A stretch of 64,000 nt of DNA from Octopus sinensis (GCF_006345805.1 NC_043001.1:94116001-94180000), one strand, 5' to 3'; shown: positions 1 to 14,369, numbered from the stretch's first letter. The notes: a model not told the origin generated them from the sequence alone. A program made the numbers and translations.

Positions 1-179
1 ACTTTTATTTTGTTTCACTTTTAATAGTTTCACATAGTATATATACACAACAAAGAGCTCCGCTCGAAACATTAAACCCTCCTTCTTTCTCTCCTTTCCT
101 GAGCGTCCTATAACACTATACTTGTTCCACGTCTTCACTTTCTTGTGTTTTCTGTTTGTGTTTTCATGTTTGGTTTAAC

Positions 180-211
<32 letters not shown>

Positions 212-396
212 ATTCTAGATGTGTATATATATATATGTGTGTGTGTATATATATATATCTATATATATGCGTGTGTATATGTATATATGGATATATTTAT
301 ATATATATATGCATATATATGTACACATATGTTTATATATGCATGAGTATATATATATATATTTATAAATATATGCATGTATATATATATACAAGT

Positions 397-441
<45 letters not shown>

Positions 442-455
442 CGCGTGTGTGTGTG
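180..455. repeat. (TA)n/(TG)n compound microsatellite
   Basis: Directly visible. Similar tracts at about 1240-1450, 1795-1910, 2116-2600, 17280-17760 and 61720-62104. Confidence 0.95.
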
Positions 456-665
456 TGTACCACATCCTGAAGCCGACCAATCCTTGTGAAAGAATTTCGT
501 ACGCAGCAACTGAAATAGGACTGTCGTATATATGTGTAAATTTGCGTGTGTCTGTCTTTGTACACCCACCAGCACTAGACAAACGATTTTGCTGCGTCTG
601 CGTCCCTGTAACTTAGCAGGTCAGTAAATGACAGCGATAGGATAGGTACTAGGCTAAGAAAAACT
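455..665 (+). mobile_element. Degraded SINE family A fragment
   Basis: Diverged match to the body of the copy at 19762-20185 (gccgacca..ccttgtga..aactgaaa..gtcgtatat..aacttagc..gtactaggct). Confidence 0.6.
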
Positions 666-783
666 TAAATCCGTGTTCCACCGTATACGGAGTCACATGA
701 TTGATACAAGTAAAACTTTAAAAATTTATGCCATTTTAATCAGGAGCAACGCCGGGTGCCTCTGCTAACAATAATAATGATAA

Positions 784-850
<67 letters not shown>

Positions 851-1269
851 GTAAAAATAGACAAACGCTTCACTATTTATATGTATGATTTCAAGAGTAA
901 GTGGAAGATATTCTAGATAGGTAATACGAAAATACGCAAATGAAAAACAATATAGCACAACCCATCACATTTTAAATGCTACTCAACTGGATGACATTCA
1001 ATTGCTGCTTCAAAGTAAAATTCCACAGAGACATTGAATAATCAAGTCAATTTTTCTCTTATTCCAGACGTACGTAGAGCAAGACTTTTACATAATGCTA
1101 GTATACATCAATTACGAGGAGCACATATTCTATAAAGCAAAGTAACTGTACAGAGAGCAGCCATTAACTCTATGTTTCTGTAATATAAAATTGTCCCATA
1201 GTAGAGTAGATTCTACTAAATATGTGCTGATATATAAACATATATTTATATGTATACATATATATGTGT

Positions 1270-1325
<56 letters not shown>

Positions 1326-1352
1326 TCATACATTTGAAAATATGTGCGTACA

Positions 1353-1396
<44 letters not shown>

Positions 1397-1797
1397 TATA
1401 TATGTATATATAATGTGTGTGCTTGTATATATATATATATATATATGTATGTATATTTAAATTATATATCTAATATACACATATACGTAGACATACCTGC
1501 AAATATAAACACACAGATCATGCACACACACACAACCCCCCCCCCCCACACACACACAAGCACAAACATAAGTACGCACACAGACACACTGACACACAGA
1601 TCAGTACATAATCTACAGAGAAAATGTACCGTATTTTTAATGTTCTCCGTTGTTGAATGCTTTTAGTTGAATATCTGATGAATTAAGAAAACTACGATCT
1701 GTGTTTGCATGTGTGTATATGGCTGTGTCTGCATGATTGTATACACACACTTACACACATATATTTATATATATATGTGGCTATTTTTATATTTGAG

Positions 1798-1912
<115 letters not shown>

Positions 1913-2112
1913 TACGGAAATGTACTTGCATTGCAAGTGATTTGATCTGAGATCGTGTGCTGGAACGAAAACAATTGCAGCGTGGAAGGTGTTTGTAAGC
2001 CATTTAAGAAACACACAAAAGCCGTTCGATTCACTTCAACATTTAAGTTTCATTTGTCAAAATATTTTCGTCGCTATAAGACCGCGACCTGTTCACTGAC
2101 AAAAATCCGTGC

Positions 2113-2184
<72 letters not shown>

Positions 2185-2431
2185 CTGTATACACACACAC
2201 ACACATACATATATATATATACATATATATTCAGATATAAAAGTAGTCGCATATGTATATATATATATATATATACAACGACACACAAACATATGTACAG
2301 ATATATTTCCAAAAGACAGAAGACAAAAGACGAAGAGGGATAAGATGTTCTGAGTTCAACGATCCAACATGCATACATATACGTATATATATATTTATAT
2401 ATATATATTTGTGTGTGTGTGTGTGTGCATA

Positions 2432-2504
<73 letters not shown>

Positions 2505-2547
2505 TATGTACATATGTATGTAAATATATACATCAATTTTGTATTAT

Positions 2548-2605
<58 letters not shown>

Positions 2606-2874
2606 GAATGAAAATGCAAATAATTTATATAGTTTTAAAATACTTTAATCGAAGTTGTATTGTAGTGGTCAACCGTTTCGATTTTGATTATCATAACATT
2701 GAATTTATTGTAATTTCGTATTTTCTTAAGATTTTAGTCCAAGTAGAAATATTTAAGGCGAGGTATTTGGTTATAGCTATTACATGGTACCTGGGAGGTA
2801 ACTGCTCATTTTTGTCTATCCTTTCCCAAAGAACGTTTAATTAAATAAAATTCAGTTGTCGAAAAATAGAGAAA

Positions 2875-3696
2875 TCTCCTAAATATGAATGCATAACTAA
2901 CGATGATCTCAGAATCCATTCACGATCACCAATCCACTACTCATCTCATTACTTTAACTTATGCGTTTTTGCATGTTTGCTTATTTACCTCACCCGAAGA
3001 TTGGGGAATTACCTCACCTGTCGTGAGTAATAACTATCACCATTTACCTCCCCTTAGATTTTTCTCCTTGTTTTATTTACAAACATTCATACAAGAACAT
3101 GGACTAAAATCTTCTAAGGAAAAAAAAAACAACAAATTACAGCAATCTCAATGTAATTGTTAGCGAAGCGAAACTGCTCGACAAACACAATAATCTTCCA
3201 TTGATCATATATTAAAAATATGTAAATCCGACGTGTGCATTTTATTTTATTATATATATTCGTTTTGCATTACGACTCACCACGACTCTCCTAAATATGA
3301 ATGCATAACTAACGATGATCTCAGAATCCATTCACGATCACCAATCCACTACTCATCTCATTACTTTAACTTATGCGTTTTTGCATGTTTGCTTATTTAC
3401 CTCACCCGAAGATTGGGGAATTACCTCACCTGTCGTGAGTAATAACTATCACCATTTACCTCCCCTTAGATTTTTCTCCTTGTTTTATTTACAAACATTC
3501 ATACAAGAACATGGACTAAAATCTTCTAAGGAAAAAAAAAACAACAAATTACAGCAATCTCAATGTAATTGTTAGCGAAGCGAAACTGCTCGACAAACAC
3601 AATAATCTTCCATTGATCATATATTAAAAATATGTAAATCCGACGTGTGCATTTTATTTTATTATATATATTCGTTTTGCATTACGACTCACCACG
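2875..3696 (+). repeat. Tandem duplication of a 410-bp unit
   Basis: 2875-3284 is repeated at 3287-3696 (offset 412, 2-nt junction 'ac'); no differences seen by eye. Confidence 0.95.
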
Positions 3697-3732
3697 TAGG
3701 GATAATCGAAATTCTCTTCTTCCCTTTTCTTA

Positions 3733-3775
<43 letters not shown>

Positions 3776-4504
3776 ACAGCCACACACATTATTTAAGTAT
3801 TTCCCGTAATTCACAGAAAATTTGAGCTCGATTACACAAAGAGCAGACAAAACATTGTGATAAAAATATATGCAACCGTCAACATTGTATGTAGCTTTAA
3901 GTAAACAACTTGAACGAATTTTGTTGATGGAAAGTGTGAGGTATATAGGTTTACCCGAGGCATTTTCGGGATATTTTCTTATCTAATAATACAAATTAAT
4001 TTAGAAAAATCAAATGCACGCACGTCGTCTCAATTATACTTTTATAGGACTAATTTACTTATCCTTTTTTGAGCTTCGATAAGCGATTCCACGTGGACTA
4101 GTACATTTGACCCGTCAGCACTAAGTGGTTTTCTGTATTTTAAACGTCACCTAGAGATCAGCTGTGTGCTGTGAATCTATGGTCTCGTGAAGTTATCAAA
4201 AATTTTGTTTTTAACAGTGCTTCAACCACAGTTGTCCATAGTACTTCAATCTGGTGATTTTACAGGCTACACGTTAAGTCATATGATCATAAATATTGTT
4301 AAACTTCCATTCTTCTGTTAGGTGTGCTTTGTGAAAATGTTCTAAATTTCAGTGATACACGTACAGCATTCCATACGGAAGCGTCCCAGCTTCCACGTGC
4401 ATTGAAATATTTGTGATCAGATTTGCCTTCTCCTCGTACATTGCACAAAAAACTACAAGGCCCAGACTGGCCTATGAGTAAATAGATGTTGATCGTGCGC
4501 GTCA

Positions 4505-4600
4505 ATTAAGGGATGATGAGCAAACACAAACCTGGTTTTGTATCAGAGGTTTCCTTCTAGATGGGTTGCCCTCACCATAGCTAAGAATCCCAATCTTACC
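4505..4600 (-). mobile_element. Possible RTE-type LINE 5' region fragment
   Basis: Minus strand ggtaagattgggattcttagctatggtgagggcaacccatctagaaggaaacctctga resembles, from recall, the conserved 5' segment of RTE elements. No coding support. Confidence 0.35.
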
Positions 4601-4946
4601 CCCCACATATATAAATACAAAATAGGAAAAACAAAAAAAGAAACGAAAAAATATGAGATTTAAGAATAAAAATAAGATATATAAAGTAATATGTACATAT
4701 GTATACACATATTGTTGGATGACATTTGAATACTCATGACCTCCTCCGTCATTGACAGTTGTCTTCTGTCCTGTAGCGTGTAGGTAAACACCCTCTTTAC
4801 CAAGTAAGCCCGGTGGGTTTGCCAGTTTAGACGACGACGACCCGACCATACAATAGGTTGTAGTTGGTTACATGTTACTAGTAGGACGTGAGAGTGCCTA
4901 GACAAATACGCACATACATATATACATATGTATGAATGTATGCATG

Positions 4947-4986
<40 letters not shown>

Positions 4987-5662
4987 TTATGTAAAATGGT
5001 GTACAAAGAATTTACATATTTATACACAAAAGAGCTGACATTTAACAGGGTGCCTTACATGCTAGAAACGGCAGTTAAAGCCCAAATACGAATAAGACTA
5101 ATTTCAAAGGGACTGAAAAAAAATTATTATTATAGTTATCCTTAAACTGGAGTTTCTGCATTAATGTGCAAATAAATGCATTTGCCATCCGTGCTTCTTC
5201 AGTAAGGTCAGTAAAAATAATGCATATCAATGCGGCACCGGAAATACATTCTATTACCACTTGCTGTCGAATGTAACGGCGCTTACGCAGTGGATTCGAA
5301 AAGTATGCAGCGCGTGTATTTTCAGAGCTGCCTAAATATGCATTAATTTTAGCGTCCTTACTACAGAAGCACAGATGGAAAATTAATTTATTTGCAAATT
5401 AATTCGTTTGCACATTGATGGGTAACTACACGAATATTATAATTTTCATACACTCTGAAATTAGTCTTATTTGTGGTTTGGGCTGTAACTGCCCTTTCTA
5501 GCATGTAAGGTGTCTTGTTAAAGGTAACCTCTTTTGTGTATAAATACGTAAATTATTTGTACACTATTTTATATGAAAAATATGTTGTCTATTGACTTTA
5601 TTAAGCATGCTAGCCACCGGTGACAAAATTTCTCTAAATTTTCTACATTTATTATTTTCACA

Positions 5663-5693
<31 letters not shown>

Positions 5694-6741
5694 GTTATAT
5701 TAGGAACAGTAGGAATATATTATATATAGATGAAAACGTTCTGCATGATATATGCAATATAGCATCTCATCAATATATTGCAGTAACACATACACACACA
5801 GGCACACACACTCTCTCACACACATGCACACATATATATACATATATATGTATGTATGTGTGTGTGTACATATATATGTATATATATATATATATATCTA
5901 GATACAAGACTCGGTGGGACTCGTTTGTACTCGTGTGTTAATGTGTAGGTGTGTATATATGCTTCTGCATGCTATACGAAATATAAAATATAAGAAGGGA
6001 TTTTTGCACGGATATAAATATATCTATATATGTAAAGATGCACCCTTTTACACATTTGTGTTAGTATATATAGAAACTATATATGTGTATCGATGTGTGT
6101 GCATGTGTTTGCGAATGCATGTATAAGTGTGTTTATTTGTAGAAAACGAAGGAAATAAAGGGGAATGAAAATTGCATCTTCACCCTTGAATGGAAAAAGA
6201 TTATTATTATTTATTCAAACAATTTATGTAAAAAGTAGAATATTAATACGAGTTTGGATCCTATATATACATATTTTGTTTCCATTTGTTGTTTAAACGC
6301 TTGTTATCAAAGTACATCAAAGGAAGCAAATAAACATGTTATCAATGTTTACAAATGCCAAATATTTGTCTTTAGAGAAGAAATTTAAATACAATGAATT
6401 TCGATCGCATTGCATATCAAAAATCATTTGAGCGAAATTTTAAAATTACTCTTTTCAGTAAGGAATATATTTTACAACAGATCTCCAAATATTTAGCCTG
6501 CATTCAGAATATTACATTTCCCTAATAACAATTAGTAAAGTAAATTATATTTATAAGCAAAATAAATAATATCGGAGGAACACTCATTTGCGGGTAAACA
6601 CAATGGTTTAGAAAATGTATAATTTTTTGATTTGAGTGCTTACGTTTTGTTTAACACTAATTATAGTTGCAAACATTTACGCGAATGCACAAACGTACAA
6701 ACTCACGTAAGGGCGCTGCCAGGCACACAAATGGCCCCGCC

Positions 6742-6744
<3 letters not shown>

Positions 6745-6787
<43 letters not shown>

Positions 6788-6938
6788 TATATACATATAT
6801 ATATATACATATATATATTCATATATATATACATATATATATATACATATATATATACATATATATATATACATATATATATACATACATATATATACAT
6901 ATATATATATATACATACATATATATATATATAGATAC

Positions 6939-6975
<37 letters not shown>

Positions 6976-7276
6976 CATATAATACATACATAGATATATA
7001 TATACATACTATATATATATACATATATTTACATATATATACATATATTTACATATATATATATACATATATTTACATATATATACATACATATATATAC
7101 ATATATATATATATATATACATATTTACATATATATATACACATATATACATACATATAATTACATATATACATATATATATATATATATATACATATAT
7201 TTACATATATTAAATACATATATTTACATATATATATATATATATATATACATACATACATATATTTACATATATA

Positions 7277-7315
<39 letters not shown>

Positions 7316-7472
7316 CATATATATATACATATATACATAATATATATACATACATATATATACATATATACATATATACATACATATACATATATACATA
7401 CATATATACATATATACATACTATATACATATATACATACATATATACTATATACATACATATATACATATA

Positions 7473-7524
<52 letters not shown>

Positions 7525-7530
7525 TATACA
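6745..7530. repeat. Long compound (TA)n/(TACA)n microsatellite
   Basis: Directly visible; source of many YI-repeat ORFs. Confidence 0.95.
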
Positions 7531-7532
7531 TA

Positions 7533-7761
7533 AGGCGGCGAGCTGGCAGAAACGTTAGCACACCGGGCGAAATGCTTAGCGGTATTGCGTCTGTCGTTGC
7601 GTTCTGAGTTCAAATTCCGCCGAGGTCGACTTTGCCTTTCATCCTTTCGGGGTCGATAAATTAAGTACCAGTTACGCACTGGGGTCGATGTAATCGACTT
7701 AATCCGTTTGTCTGTCCTTGTTTGTCCCCTCTGTGTTTAGCCCCTTTGTGGGTAGTAAAGA

Positions 7762-7764
<3 letters not shown>
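7533..7764 (+). mobile_element. SINE family B, full monomer
   Basis: tRNA-like head (ggcgagctggcagaaacgttagc..gagttcaaattcc), core gcctttcatcctttcggggtcgataaattaagtaccag, tail tttgtcccctctgtgtttagcccctttgtgggtagtaaagaaac; many copies in the window. Confidence 0.9.
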
Positions 7765-7804
<40 letters not shown>

Positions 7805-8905
7805 TATATATATATACACATACATATATGTATATATCGAACTCCTAAGCACACACACAAGTGCGGGCACACATCCACATATATAGGATTTCCTTCTTTT
7901 AAATTCAGATGCTTCACTTTGCTTGGAACATGAACGTAATTTATTCAGAGGCAAAGATATTCGGAATGCAGTAAAACTTAAAATGTGCATAAGTTAACTT
8001 TTCCAACAATTGCTAATAGAATGCAAACTCTAGTGAGAAACATCGATAGAATAATATTGGAACTAACATGTACGTGCACTACCATAAATGCAACTAGTTT
8101 CTACTACAATTAGGTAAGAGCGAACAATCGGTCAAAAATATAGGTAACGTTAAATACTCCCCACACACGCTGTCACTGTGTACCAAAGGAATTGATTCGA
8201 GATTAACTTTGGGATGGATCCTCGAATTTTATAACATTAAAACAAATTTTGCTTAACTGATTGTATAATTAATTATTTAATAGAATTAGATCAAATTCGT
8301 GGTACAGATGGAACATTTTTCAGAATTAATAGTGAAATGAATAAATTAAGTGTTGACGTTCTAAAAATTATACTTATGATATTGTTTTTGACCTAAAATT
8401 ACTGCAGTTGGTATTTATGAAGCACAAGTTATCTCATCGAAAATCTCACAAATGCAACGTAAATATGGTGTCGAAATGATAGAGGATAAGCTTAAACATC
8501 GTTGCTGACATTTTAATTTGTTCTTCAAAAATGTCGGAAACAGTATAATTACATTATCCAAAATTTGGGCACTGAATGTACGGCCTTCAACGTCAAATAA
8601 GAAATTTTTCAAAGATGTCAGTCATATAAAAACAGACGCAAACATAAATACTCAGAGATGTTAACAACTCCACTGGCTATATAATTTTCATGTCAGAAAA
8701 TTTCAAGAAGCCGAAGCTGTTACAAAAGTATCATTCAGCTAACTGGAAATACAAGCATGATAAATGGATATGCTATAGAGAAAGAAATATCCATGTTTCC
8801 TTCCATTACCACTTATAAAGCATCTTTCAACATAACTAACTCAAATCTAGGCAAATATTACTATAAAATGGTCTGGTATTAAAATCGCATGATTTAAGAT
8901 GTTAT

Positions 8906-8943
8906 AGGCGTAGGAATGGCTGTGTGGTAAATAGCTCTCTTAC
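8906..8943 (+). mobile_element. SINE family A head, 5' piece of a copy split by an insertion
   Basis: aggcgtaggaatggctgtgtggtaa matches the head of the 41206-41638 copy; the SINE resumes at 10963. Confidence 0.8.
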
Positions 8944-10962
8944 TTCACTACAGAAGAGTTTGCGTTTTTCTCACTCTGATTGGAAGTCACGTCGTTTGAC
9001 GTGAAATACTGAAAAATTGAAGCGTGACAACAGGTAAGGCATTTGTTTTTTTTTTGTAGGTAGCTTAGGGGCGTCTGTTCTGTAATTAATGATTTTTGTC
9101 GATCAAGGGTCTCCACTTGGTTCCAGATATTTGCCTGCTTGTGATCGTGCAAAAAGAATCAATTTGTAGTGAGAATTGTGTGCTTTTTTTAGGGGGCATA
9201 TCACCTCCGAAAAGATATGATTTTATGTGACTGTGTGCACTTCGTGGATTTTACCAACTGGAGTATAACCAGAATTTTACCATTTGGAGTATTTTACAAT
9301 TAGGAGTACAACCAGGAATGTTTTGCTACTATTTTTGTGCTGCAAGTTATTTTTAACTGTGCTACAAAGGATTGCCAGAGTTTAATTTTGTTGTCATTTG
9401 AACTGTCTTTCTTCGTTCTTTTTCTCTTGTCAGTCTTTCTGCTCTTTTTGTGTTTGCTTTAAAGACATTTTATATGAACATTTTTGATTTTGTTGTGGAC
9501 ATTTATATTTTAGTTTATTTTATTAATGGCAAACAAAAGTAAGAAAGCCTTGGAGTGGCGAATTGTGCCCCCCAAGGAGTGGTTACACACTATGATGAGA
9601 GAATGGTGGTGCTGCGGACCTATTGCAAGATCCGCGACACCATTTGTGTATTCCCTCAGACTGAAATTGAAAAAGAGTTGGCGGGATTTGAGCCAACTTA
9701 TAGGTTCATCTGTAGGGGTGCAAAGTACGCAACGGTGTGCGTGCTTTTCGACACCCCTACGGAGGCTCAGAAATTTGCGAGCCACCTTATTGATGGGTGG
9801 AAGATTTTGTTTCTCCCCACTTATGGTGGGCGTAAATTGACAAGAGCCTGAGCGTGTGAGCTCTCCTCCGGTATAGAGGCTGAATGGATAGAAGATTCTA
9901 TCCGTCGAGGCCTGGGTGGTGGCCTTGTCAGGCTCTTGATTGTAAAAATACTGCCTGCGGCCGATTGGATCGGGTCAAAAGCAATTTTGACCCTATGGGC
10001 CCAATCAGCCGAAGATCTGGCTTTACCAGATTTCTTGACAATGGCCGGTTCCTGGACAATTTCTTGACAATTGCCGGTGATCATTGAGCCCCCCCCCAAT
10101 GTCACCTGTACCTGGAAACAGGTCTCATGAAGAAGAACTGTTGCCGGATCAAGTGAAGGTCCTGGAACAGCTGATTGATGTCTGTAAACACTATGTTCCC
10201 CCAAAGGAGCCTCCTGCTCTTTCATTGGAAGGTGATAGGGAGAAAGTCGAGGAGGAGGTAACATCCTCGAGAAATGGTACTAAGAGAAAGAAGGTGGGCA
10301 AAAATGGTTGACCACCGATGGAACATGAGGTGGTGGGAGGGTTGAAGGAATCTCCGGACATGTCGGAGGAAATCCACCATCTCGTCGCAAAGGGGAAAAA
10401 TAAAGAAGAAGCAGAAAAAAGAAAAAATTGTATTCCTCTATCGCCGGGGAGGGGCGATTGAGGAATATGTGGAAAATAATTTTGATAGTCGGGTTCAGAT
10501 GGATCCGATGTTTATTGACAGTCCAGAGAGGCCTTCGCAGGTAGCTGCACTGGTAATGGAAAGAAAAGATCTTTTCTACAGGTTAAGATTCTTCCCAAAG
10601 GAGGAATATAGATTATTTTTTTTTATCCGATTGTTGGCTGCTGGAATACCTGCAGGGTGTAAACGCGTTAATTGAGGGAGTAATGCAAGAAGTTTACCGC
10701 CTCCTTATGTATAATTTTTTTTCTTTCGTGATGGACTGCTAGTCCAATCTTTTCTATATATTTGTAACAGGTTTAATAACTCTATATATGTTGTTTTTCA
10801 CGAACAAATTTTTAGAGAAGCAGAGGGTCGGCGGGCGCTTTCTCTCTTCTCCCATTCTTATCATCTTGTATTATTATCATTCGCCTTATCAATGTCATGT
10901 CTTGTACAGCCCGCAAAGCTACAGATCTGTGTACTGCCTTTATGGCAAATGATATAAAATAA
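8944..10962 (+). mobile_element. ORF1-only non-LTR retroelement (Tx1/L1-like ORF1 pseudogene, no RT)
   Basis: Frameshifted ORF from ATG 9526 (ERMVVLRTYCK..FICRGAKYATVCVLF..LPTYGGRKLTRA) with a degenerate knuckle PQCHLYLETGLMKKNC near 10095-10140. Flanked by an imperfect 15-bp TSD (8929-8943 and 10963-10977, 12/15 identical). Confidence 0.75.
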
Positions 10963-11102
10963 AAGTAGCTTGCTTACGAACCACAAGGTTCCGGGTTTCG
11001 TTCGACTGCTTGACACCCCGGGCAGGTGTCTTCTACTATAGCCTCAGACCGACCAAAATCTTGTGAGTGGAATTAATAGGCGGAAACTGAAAGAAGCCAT
11101 CT

Positions 11103-11150
<48 letters not shown>

Positions 11151-11357
11151 TGTGGCTGTGTTTGTTCCCCCAACATCGCTTGACAACCGATGCTGGTGTG
11201 GTTCCGTCCACGTAACTTAGCGGTTCGGCAAAATAGTCCAATAGAATAAGTACTATGCTTAGAAAGAAAAAGTCCTGGGGTCGATTTGCTCGACTAAAGG
11301 TGGTGCTCCAGCATGGCCATGGTCAAATGACTGAAACAAGTAAGAGAGTAAAAGAGT
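10963..11357 (+). mobile_element. SINE family A, 3' remainder of the split copy
   Basis: aagtagcttgcttacgaaccac..ctatagcctc..internal (TA)(TG)..ggtggtgctccagcatggcc..gactgaaacaag. Confidence 0.9.
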
Positions 11358-11983
11358 ATACCTATACACAAAAAACTGCTTCAAATTTTGGTAGAGAACC
11401 AGCATTTTGGAGGGAGAGATGTAATCTATTTCATGAACTCCAGTACCTTATACTTATATTGTTCACTAAGGATCAAAAGTAATGCCATTCTCGGTGAAAT
11501 TCGAACTTAAAAAGTAGAAACTGAATTCTACTAAGAAATTTGTTCTATGTTCTAAAGTTTGTATCAGCTTGCCCCTTAAAGCATTAGCTATTCATAAATT
11601 AATTACTCCATCGTCCAATAACTGTTCCAATTAAGGGCGAAATCCTCTTTGAATAAATATCTATATATTCAGTAAACCATACAAAAATCATTTACAAATG
11701 CACCGATACCGCATTCAGTAATGTTTGGATGAGAATTTTCTATAAGTGGTAAAATTGCTTGAATCATAGAAGTATTACAGGTGCTACAGATATTACAGGC
11801 ATTCATATATACATACACTTGGTACATACACTGACAGGCATATACACACACATGCACTCAGAAATATACATATATATATATATGTATGTGTGTATCTGTC
11901 TGTCTGAATGTGTTTATATGTGTGTGTATACATTTGTGTATTTATATACTTAAATACATAAAATATGTATTTAAGTATATTTA

Positions 11984-12250
11984 AGTAGGCGCATTAGATA
12001 TGATAAAAAATATTCAGACAAATACATAACAAAATCACCAGGACTTACAAATATATATAACATACAGAAAATTGTACTACTGGGCGGTGCACATATCCTA
12101 CGAAAAACACTTTCAATACAGTAACCATAAGAGAATCACAGCAAACCATAGCATATATCCAAGGCATACAGAGTTGCTCGGTAGTGACGAGAAAGCTCGC
12201 TATAAAAATAAAACTACTGGATGATGATGATGATGATAATCATAATAATG

Positions 12251-12337
<87 letters not shown>

Positions 12338-12610
12338 TAATAATAAAACAGAAACAATTCCTATCATAGTAGGTGCATTAAGCATGATAAAAAAATATTC
12401 AGACAAATACATAACAAAAACACCAGGACTTACAAACACATATAACATACAGAAAATTGCACTACTAGGCACTGCACACATCCTACGCAGAACACTTTCC
12501 ATACAATAACCATCAGAGCATCACAACAAATCACAGCACATACCCAAGGCACACAGAGCTGCGCTCGGTAGTGAAGTGAAAGCACGCTATAAAAATAAAA
12601 CTACTGAATG
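11984..12610 (+). mobile_element. Two tandem 5'-truncated R4/Dong-like (RLE-type) LINE 3' ends, each followed by (AAT)n
   Basis: Units about 11984-12222 and 12365-12610. The second translates IVGALSMIKKYSDKYITKTPGLTNTYNIQKIALLGTAHILRRTLSIQ*, the C-terminus typical of RLE-endonuclease LINEs. Confidence 0.75.
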
Positions 12611-12657
<47 letters not shown>

Positions 12658-13002
12658 TACATCGAATGCAAGGCAAACAAGTGAGAGGCTTCATGAAATT
12701 TGGAAAAGAACATTTCTTAATATTTTTCTTATATTTCATGTAGTCACAGCCTACATGTGGATACACTAGTTATCATACCTCATTTAGATGTCTGAGTAAT
12801 ATATTGCGAATGTAATTTCAAATTACTTTGGAAATTCTCATTTTCCCGATTATATCTATTCAATATTTCGCTAGTATTCTACTGGTGAAATTTCTTGAAA
12901 ATTAAAACCGGTCTAATATGATTGCGAATTCCAAATTCTAACACTATATATGCTGCATGTATAATTTTAGTATTCTTACTTTCAGAGATATTCGAAACTT
13001 TC

Positions 13003-13044
<42 letters not shown>

Positions 13045-13660
13045 TTGGTGTAATAGTAGCGGTAATTGTAGTATTGGTAGGAGTAGTGCATGTGGAGGTG
13101 GCAGTGTTTGCGTTATTGATTATCGGTAATCTTTCACTATTCTTGAAAAAAATGTAAGCTAACGTTTGAATCATTTTTTTCTGTAGAGCTATTCACATAT
13201 GCCTTGTTAATTTCATCAAAATTTGGTCGAATTTTTCTCTTTATGTTAAGAATTCTTTATTTTTAAAGAGAGATATTTGAGAGATAGAGAAGGGAGGGAA
13301 ATAGAAATAAATTATGAGATAGAATATTAGGTAGAGAGACAGACAAAGAAAGCGAAATAAAGATAGCTAGACAGATGAACTGAGTCTCTTAGGTGATTGG
13401 GGAAGGAGGATATTTCAAGGCGGTTTGTTATAAAATATTAAGTATGTTGCAGAAGAAACTAAAATAAAATTATAATATGAAAAGTGATACGATAGGGTAA
13501 AATCATTGGAAAAGTAGAAAAGTTACAAAAATTAAATAAAAGTAAAGGAAATAACAAAATAAAATGCATATACAAAAAAATACATACACAAATTGAAATT
13601 AAATATAAACAAAAGTATGCAACACATGCACGTATACATATGTGTATAGATATGTGAGAT

Positions 13661-13706
<46 letters not shown>

Positions 13707-13718
13707 ATATGTGTGTGT

Positions 13719-13757
<39 letters not shown>

Positions 13758-14334
13758 AAATATGAGAAAACCATTAAACAAAAGATGTCAGCATCTCACC
13801 AAGAAAACTACAGAAGATACTGCCACATGAGGAATAAAACTAAAATCATAAAAGAGAAAGACAAATTTGAAACGAGTAATCTACAACACTAGAAACAACA
13901 CGAAGAAAATGGCAAATTATTAAATTAGTCATTTGCCACTCCGTTGGATTATTATTTTATTTTTTCATATTTAATTTTCGTTTACACATTTCATACTTGA
14001 AATCTCAGGTTCTGACGTAAAATCAGTATGTTACCAAATATAGAATTAAAATATTCTATACTTTTTTAATATATTTCCTCGTTTTCATTTTCAGATTTGC
14101 TTGAAAATCTTTGGAAAAAAAAAAGAAACCTAAAACGGAACAAAAGCAACCGAGTAAGCAGAGGTAAGCATACACGCTTCTGTGCATGTGAAAAAGAGTA
14201 GGAGAAGTAGAGAGGGTGAGGAGTGCATGTGAAAAAAATAAAGATAAAAGAACTGAGGAAAAAAAGGAAAGCCCAAATATGAAGAGAATGTAACAGAGGA
14301 TATAAAGAAAGAAAATATAAGTAATGTAGTATAA

Positions 14335-14369
<35 letters not shown>

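Noticed and set aside
4365-4471. Candidate minus-strand exon (GQSGPCSFLCNVRGEGKSDHKYFNARGSWDASVWNA)
   Set aside because: Plausible splice sites, but isolated, with two open frames and no partner exon; insufficient support.
5380-5410. Near-palindromic octamer/POU-like site (aattaatttatttgcaaattaatt)
   Set aside because: Expected by chance in AT-rich DNA; conservation cannot be assessed here.
9821-10264. 147-aa minus-strand ORF
   Set aside because: Antisense to the decayed ORF1; no recognisable motif.
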